From a virus (Duplodnaviria; Caudoviricetes): a DNA stretch of 40,258 nt. The stretch's first letter is position 1, and each line of letters starts with the position of its first letter. Made by a program: the position numbers and the translations under genes. Where the stretch lies: positions 1-40,258 of the IMG/VR virus record IMGVR_UViG_3300008255_000227; one strand, written 5' to 3'. This document shows, piece after piece, positions 35,018 through 40,258 of this stretch. The notes under the pieces were generated by a model. It had not been told where the DNA came from. It saw nothing but the letters and a program-made list of their open reading frames with translations, and did no database searches.

Positions 35018-36565
35018 TTATTCTTCATCATCCCCGCCGGCTTCAGATGAACTGCCTGCGCGGGCATCTGCCAACGGTCGGCCGCCCGAAGTCAGCTTGC
35101 GCGGGTCACTATCCAGAAGGATGCCTTTATCATCAAGCGCCTTATTGCCTGCCGCGATTTCATCCAGCACTTCTTCAGGGTCAAGGCCAAGGCGCTGCTG
35201 TTCGCGGAACAGACTTGTCAGGCCACCGCGGATGGCTTTAATGGCGGCAGGAACTTCTTTGGTGGGATCCATCATTTCGCGCTTGGGCATAATCCACTTC
35301 ATATAGGCATTTTCCGAATTATAGCCCATGATGGTGCAGCCGCCAAAGAACCACGCCGCGATGCGGTCAAGGATCATGGCCTTCAGCACGTTGTTCTGCC
35401 AATGCGTTATATTTCGGCCCATTTCAATCCAGCCAAGGCGGCCAGAACTATAGTTTACGCCTGAATAGTCGCCTGTCATGGCTTCATAGGTGATGCCGTA
35501 TGTCGCCGCCACGCCCAGAAGATTCGCACGGGCATATTCACCATATCCGGAAACGCCAGGCGGGTTGGCGAATTGCACGCTTTTTCCAAGTGGCAGATGT
35601 TCCATGATGCCGGGCTGCACGAAATCTTTTTGCGTATCGGTGGGGCCTGTGGCAGCAAGGCCAGTGGCGCCGGCCGGCGATGCCGAAGCATCGGTGATGA
35701 ACACAGAAAAACAGGCGGCGATCTTCTGGCGCACCAACTGTGCATCCTCGTAATCGTCATAGTCCTTCAGGCGGCGCACGCCAGCATGGCACCACGGCAC
35801 GCCGCGGCCCTGCCCTGCCCTGTCAGGGTCAAAAGCGTGGATGATTTCACTGGCGGGGATGCGGAAAGACTGGAAGGCACCGCGCGCGGCGGTCACAACA
35901 TCGCCGGGGTGGGCTTCGCGCAGCCAATAGGCTACACGTTCGGCGCGCTTGCTGAACTCGATGCCGCCGACAATGTGGCCGCCATTAGATAATTCGCCAT
36001 CCTTGGTTTCGTCCAGATAATCAGGTTCCAGAACCTGAATCTGCACCGGGATAGGAAGGCCATTGTTCACGCGGCGATAACGCCGGCGAATAATCACTTC
36101 CCCTGATTCCACCACGCAGTTGATGGCCTGCGCCAGAAGGCCGCCCAGCGTCTGCATACCCTCGGAATCAATATTTGTGGTGTTTGCCCAATCCCAGAAC
36201 ACGTTCGCCAGCTTTTTCTGGGCGGGGCCAGTGACTCCTGCAATCTGGCCCTGTGGCCCTGCGCCCACCACGTTGTTCCTGATCACGCGCATTGCGTTCT
36301 TGGCCCAAGGATTGTTCCGGGTCAGGTCGCGGCTGGAATTACGCAGCTTGGGAAGGGATGGAAGGATGGCGGCGTTCGCGCTGCTTTCGGGGCGGCGCCA
36401 TTGCTGGAAGCGGGATGAATTGCTGGCGCCATCATACCGCCGCACCTTTGCCATCATATCAAGGCCAAGGCGTGCCTGCTCTCTTTTCAGGCCAGTGGCT
36501 GGGCTGAAAAAAGAAATGGTGCGATCCAGAATGTTGCGCTTGGGAAAATCTTCATTATTTTTCAT
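35018..36565 (-). CDS. Portal protein, lambda family
   Basis: LRNSSRDLTRNNP; R.GQGRGVPW; GDYSGVNYSSGR; DPTKE. Confidence 0.96.
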   Translation of the reverse strand: MKNNEDFPKRNILDRTISFFSPATGLKREQARLGLDMMAKVRRYDGASNSSRFQQWRRPESSANAAILPSLPKLRNSSRDLTRNNPWAKNAMRVIRNNVVGAGPQGQIAGVTGPAQKKLANVFWDWANTTNIDSEGMQTLGGLLAQAINCVVESGEVIIRRRYRRVNNGLPIPVQIQVLEPDYLDETKDGELSNGGHIVGGIEFSKRAERVAYWLREAHPGDVVTAARGAFQSFRIPASEIIHAFDPDRAGQGRGVPWCHAGVRRLKDYDDYEDAQLVRQKIAACFSVFITDASASPAGATGLAATGPTDTQKDFVQPGIMEHLPLGKSVQFANPPGVSGYGEYARANLLGVAATYGITYEAMTGDYSGVNYSSGRLGWIEMGRNITHWQNNVLKAMILDRIAAWFFGGCTIMGYNSENAYMKWIMPKREMMDPTKEVPAAIKAIRGGLTSLFREQQRLGLDPEEVLDEIAAGNKALDDKGILLDSDPRKLTSGGRPLADARAGSSSEAGGDDEE

Positions 36566-36780
36566 AGGCCAGAACCATAAACCCCGATCAGGCGGCGGCT
36601 GCCGCTATTATTCCCGCCATCTTGCTGCGCCAGGCAATCTTCCATGATCTGCTTCAGCTTTAGCATATCGGACAGGCTGCGATATTCCACTTCCTTATCC
36701 TGATACTTGACGCGCAGCGCACCTTCCGCGATCGCCGCGTTAAGTGCATCAAGCTGTTCCTGTGTCCAACTGCACGCCAT
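36562..36780 (-). CDS. Head completion protein (gpW-like)
   Basis: QLDALNAAIAEGALRVKY.DK.VEYRSL; between terminase and portal. Confidence 0.88.
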   Translation of the reverse strand: MACSWTQEQLDALNAAIAEGALRVKYQDKEVEYRSLSDMLKLKQIMEDCLAQQDGGNNSGSRRLIGVYGSGL

Positions 36781-38735
36781 CAGATAAAAGGCCCCTCTTT
36801 ACCCGTGAACGGGTTCACGGTCTTTTTGGCTTCCGGCTTATTGTGCTGTATTTTCGGCAATTCTTCAAGTCGGGTTTCCAGCTGGGCATAATGTTCTTCC
36901 ACAAAGCGGTCAAGGCCATAGACATATGCGGCCGCGCGCGCGTAAACACGGCAATCCAGTGCCTCGTTTCGCTCATATTTCTTTTCCCACCTGAAGGCGG
37001 TCTTTCCGTTGATGGTGCGGCGCACGCGCTGTTCTGCTGTCAACTGCTGGAAATGTTCTTTTTCATACTGCGGCCAATGGCAGAAGCCATCCGGTTCAGG
37101 ATGGCCTTCATCCAGCGGTGGCGGTTGCCTGAAGAACCCATAAAGTTCTGTCTTGATCACGGAACTGCCGACCGGCCACAGCTTGGTGCCGCGGTAAATC
37201 TTTTTCCCGTGAATATCAATATCCACATCCTTTGGCGGGCCAACTGGCACCACCATGTTATCCATCCCCTTGATGGCCATCACGCGCGGGTCGGACACAT
37301 CGCGCACCTGTTTATAAACAATCTGTGTTTGGTCAGATGAATCCACCGCCAGCATTTCAATCTTCAGCCGCGTGGCGCTGCCCTCAATCGGCCATGTTTC
37401 GGACAGGCACCCCCACAGCTTTGCCCAAACTTCCGCATCTGATGTGTCGCCCTTCAGCACGCGATAATCGACCGACCAGCTGCGGAAGCGCCGGCCCCAT
37501 CCCACCACTTCAATTTCGATGCGGTCGCGCTGAATATCCACGCCTGCGGTTAAGAAAAGGATGCCGCGCGGGCACGTATTGAAAGCATAATCATCCCGCC
37601 TGCGATAAAGCGCTTCCCAATCCGGCACATCGCCTTTTTCGCGCCATGTTTCGGCCAGCACGGTGTTCACGAAAACCTTCAGTTCGCTGGGCCTGCCCTT
37701 AGCCTTCAGGAAGTCGGTGACAATATCGGCCCACGAATACCAGCCCAGCGGCGAATAAAGGGAATTCAGGAAATAGCCTTTATGGTGCTTGATGTGCGGG
37801 GCGTGCGCGATCCAGTCACCATGTTCCAGTATCCACGTTTTCTTGTGTTCTGGAATAAGGCTGCCGCAATGCTGGCACATATAGGCCACAGTTTCCGGCA
37901 AGTCCTTTTCCTTGCCGGTCACTTTGTCCACCTCTTTATCCCACACCAGATTCCCGAACTTCAGAACCTGTTTTTCCTCGCAATCCGGGCAGGGGATATA
38001 ATAATGCCGCTGGTCTGAATCCTCAAAGCTGGTTTCAATACGGGAATTGCCGCTTTCCGTTGGGGTGCTGGTAATCAGGATTTTAGAATTGCCGAAGGTG
38101 CGCGTGCGGGCCTTCGCCAGGTTCACGGGGTCGCCTTCACCGTCCACATCGCCGGGGTATCGGTCAACTTCATCCATGAACAGGTAGCGGATGGGCATAG
38201 ATGCAAGGCCGGCCGGCGCGTTGGCGCCCGCCATGATCAAAATGCCGCCTTCAAATTCCTTGGCCCATTGGCTGTTCCCGCCCTCGCGGGATTTCTGTTC
38301 TGCCACCTTTGCCCGCAGATTGGGCGTTTCGTTAATAGCGGGGTCAAGGCGCTGCTTCACCACCTTCTTCACCATGTCGGTGTTCGGCTGCACCATCAGC
38401 ATGGGGCCGGGCGCAAGGTCGATGATGGAACCGATCCAGTTCAGGCCCGTTTCCGTTTTTCCCAGCTGGGAACCAAAAAGCATGGTGACTTGCTTTGTTG
38501 GATCCTGCGGTGAAAGGGCATCCATCGGTTCGCGCAGATATGGCGTGCGGCTAGTGTTCCACCGGCCCGGCTCGGAACTGGCGCGGCTGGAAAGAAGGCG
38601 ATATTCATCAGCCCATTGCGAAACGGTCAGGTGTACGGGGTCAGGCTGGATGCCGCGAAAAAAGGCCGCGGTGAAGCTATCCTGCGCCGTTGCAAGTTCA
38701 GCTTGCCCTTCATTTACTGCGCTTGGTGCCGACAT
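36780..38735 (-). CDS. Terminase large subunit, lambda GpA family
   Basis: RTPYLREPM; SQLGKTE Walker A; FMDEVD; STPT; AGVDIQ; RNEALDC. Confidence 0.97.
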   Translation of the reverse strand: MSAPSAVNEGQAELATAQDSFTAAFFRGIQPDPVHLTVSQWADEYRLLSSRASSEPGRWNTSRTPYLREPMDALSPQDPTKQVTMLFGSQLGKTETGLNWIGSIIDLAPGPMLMVQPNTDMVKKVVKQRLDPAINETPNLRAKVAEQKSREGGNSQWAKEFEGGILIMAGANAPAGLASMPIRYLFMDEVDRYPGDVDGEGDPVNLAKARTRTFGNSKILITSTPTESGNSRIETSFEDSDQRHYYIPCPDCEEKQVLKFGNLVWDKEVDKVTGKEKDLPETVAYMCQHCGSLIPEHKKTWILEHGDWIAHAPHIKHHKGYFLNSLYSPLGWYSWADIVTDFLKAKGRPSELKVFVNTVLAETWREKGDVPDWEALYRRRDDYAFNTCPRGILFLTAGVDIQRDRIEIEVVGWGRRFRSWSVDYRVLKGDTSDAEVWAKLWGCLSETWPIEGSATRLKIEMLAVDSSDQTQIVYKQVRDVSDPRVMAIKGMDNMVVPVGPPKDVDIDIHGKKIYRGTKLWPVGSSVIKTELYGFFRQPPPLDEGHPEPDGFCHWPQYEKEHFQQLTAEQRVRRTINGKTAFRWEKKYERNEALDCRVYARAAAYVYGLDRFVEEHYAQLETRLEELPKIQHNKPEAKKTVNPFTGKEGPFI

Positions 38736-39255
38736 TTTCCACCTGTTGCAAGTCTTTTAAGCCCTCGGCCAGCTGCGCGCGCAGATAAATGGCAATTTCC
38801 CGCGGTTCTGTCATGTGCGCCAGTTCAGCGCATACCCGTTCCGGCAGGCCCATCAGGGAGTCGCGCACGTTGCGCGCCACGCGGAAGGCTTCAGCCTTCA
38901 CCTGGTCAGCGCGCACCAGTGCGCCTGCCTTTTCCTGATATTCCAGCTGCGCCAGCTTTGCGGCAAAGGTTTCTTTGACCGCCCGCGCGCGCTGGTAATT
39001 GCTGGATGTGCCCGCATCCATTTCCTTGGTGGCTGCCTGCTTCGCGGTATCACGTTGTTTTGATGGGTCGATGTTGTCGGCCCATTCTTTCAGCCCAGCG
39101 GCAAGGTCAATTTCATATTTCTTTTTGCCGCCCTTAGCTGTTTTGACTGTCACGGATTTTTCGGTTAGAACACCGGCCTTGATTGCGGTGGAAACCCTTT
39201 GTTTAGAAACCCCCAGCTTGTCAGCGAACTTGGCCGCATCTACTTTTTCGGCCAC
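38710..39255 (-). CDS. Terminase small subunit
   Basis: N-terminal HTH (FADKLGVSKQRVS) and AKLAQLEY...G.LV motif; overlaps GpA. Confidence 0.88.
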   Translation of the reverse strand: MAEKVDAAKFADKLGVSKQRVSTAIKAGVLTEKSVTVKTAKGGKKKYEIDLAAGLKEWADNIDPSKQRDTAKQAATKEMDAGTSSNYQRARAVKETFAAKLAQLEYQEKAGALVRADQVKAEAFRVARNVRDSLMGLPERVCAELAHMTEPREIAIYLRAQLAEGLKDLQQVENVGTKRSK

Positions 39256-39258
39256 GGT

Positions 39259-39465
39259 TCACCCCCTGAAATCGCTGGGCATGAATTTTGTTTTCTTGCG
39301 GTCATATGGCGCAGCTTTCTTTTTCTTGGTGGTCAGATGGAAGGCGGTGGAATCGGGGCACCTGTAAACCTTGGCGCGGTTGCGCTTCTGGCGTAGGTGT
39401 TCGGCTTTTTCGCGGGCGGCATCACGGGTGGGATAGCATACTTTCCCGCAGGCGCAGTTTTCCAT
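39259..39465 (-). CDS. Small basic zinc-finger-like protein
   Basis: CGKVCY...VYRCP....FHLT pattern. Confidence 0.65.
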   Translation of the reverse strand: MENCACGKVCYPTRDAAREKAEHLRQKRNRAKVYRCPDSTAFHLTTKKKKAAPYDRKKTKFMPSDFRG

Positions 39466-39469
39466 CTTC

Positions 39470-40186
39470 CTATGCCTTTCCTTTCTTTGCCCCCTGCTTT
39501 TTCTTTGGGGCGGTTTCCTTCGGCGCGCGGCCGGCAGCGCGCGTGTCGTTCAGATATGCTTCACAGATGCGGGCCAGTGCATTGCCGGTGTCATTTTCGT
39601 TCAGGCCATCACGGAACGGGCCAGCCTTGATTGCGGCCCGAACCGCGGCCTTAACCTTGTCCAGTTGCTTCTTATGGAATGTATATGTTACATCCTTGAA
39701 TTCGCTTTTCTCGGCGGCGGCAGGCGGCGGTGCTTCATTCTCGCCATCATCAGCGCCAAGAATATCTTCCAGTTCATCTTCATCAAAGCCTGTCAGGTCA
39801 AGGTTGAAGCCTTCCAGTTCCAGCGCTGCCAGTTCCTCGGCCAGCTTTTCTTCATCCCAGCCAGCGTTTTCGGCAATCTTGTTATCCGCTATCACCAGCG
39901 CCTTCACTTGCGTGTCGGTCAGGTGATCGATGATGATCACCGGCGCCATGTCCAGCTTCAGCTTGGTGGCGGCTTCAATCCGTCCGTGCCCGGCAATCAG
40001 CGTGCCATCCCCGCGGGCCAGAACGGGGTTCACAAACCCGAATTCTGAAATGCTGGCGGCAATCTGCGCGATCTGGTCGGCGCTGTGGGTGCGCGAATTA
40101 TTCGCATAAGGCTTGAAAAACGCTAGAGGGCGCATTTCTACCTTGGCAGCGAAGCGTTCGGTGATTTCGTGGTGTTTTGTTCCCAT
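39470..40186 (-). CDS. ParB/Srx N-terminal domain protein
   Basis: PYANNSRTHS..QI..IAASI.EFGF.NP...IAGHGR..AA...ADNK.AENAGWD. Confidence 0.92.
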   Translation of the reverse strand: MGTKHHEITERFAAKVEMRPLAFFKPYANNSRTHSADQIAQIAASISEFGFVNPVLARGDGTLIAGHGRIEAATKLKLDMAPVIIIDHLTDTQVKALVIADNKIAENAGWDEEKLAEELAALELEGFNLDLTGFDEDELEDILGADDGENEAPPPAAAEKSEFKDVTYTFHKKQLDKVKAAVRAAIKAGPFRDGLNENDTGNALARICEAYLNDTRAAGRAPKETAPKKKQGAKKGKA

Positions 40187-40245
40187 CTTCTAACCTATTG
40201 TTTAGTCAACACAAATTATTTTCCGCAAACTAGAGAACGTCCGGG

Positions 40246-40258
40246 ATCGCGCGGCACC
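40246..40258. repeat. Terminal 13-bp direct repeat, right copy
   Basis: Identical to 1-13. Confidence 0.8.

Noticed and set aside
1-40258. CRISPR array, rRNA, IS/transposase
   Set aside because: No spaced repeat array, rRNA-like sequence or transposase motif seen; the Mu-like genes are structural only.

Overview
The window appears to be a complete (~40.2 kb) temperate-type myophage genome cut at its cohesive end: a 13-bp terminal repeat with a cosQ-like element next to the terminase genes. A GapR/DUF2312 domain points to an alphaproteobacterial host. The minus strand carries a lambda-like head module (small terminase, GpA large terminase, portal, protease-capsid fusion) and a Mu/P2-like contractile tail. 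Other modules are an early region (DUF1376 replication protein with iterons, three DNA methyltransferase genes, J-domain protein, GapR fusion), a lysis cassette and a P4-family tyrosine integrase. The most striking feature is a putative three-way tail-fibre (receptor-binding domain) switch. A 216-bp internal segment of the tail-fibre gene occurs three times, about 95% identical: once in the expressed gene and twice, inverted, at the head of promoterless, hairpin-insulated alternative C-terminal cassettes. This defines nested ~2-kb and ~9-kb invertible segments, and no serine invertase is encoded. Also notable are a promoter-driven tRNA-like RNA with a remodelled anticodon arm, four copies of a palindromic operator, several apparent microhomology deletions, and strong depletion of GAG/CTC in the regions sampled. 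All family assignments come from motif recognition by eye, not database searches.
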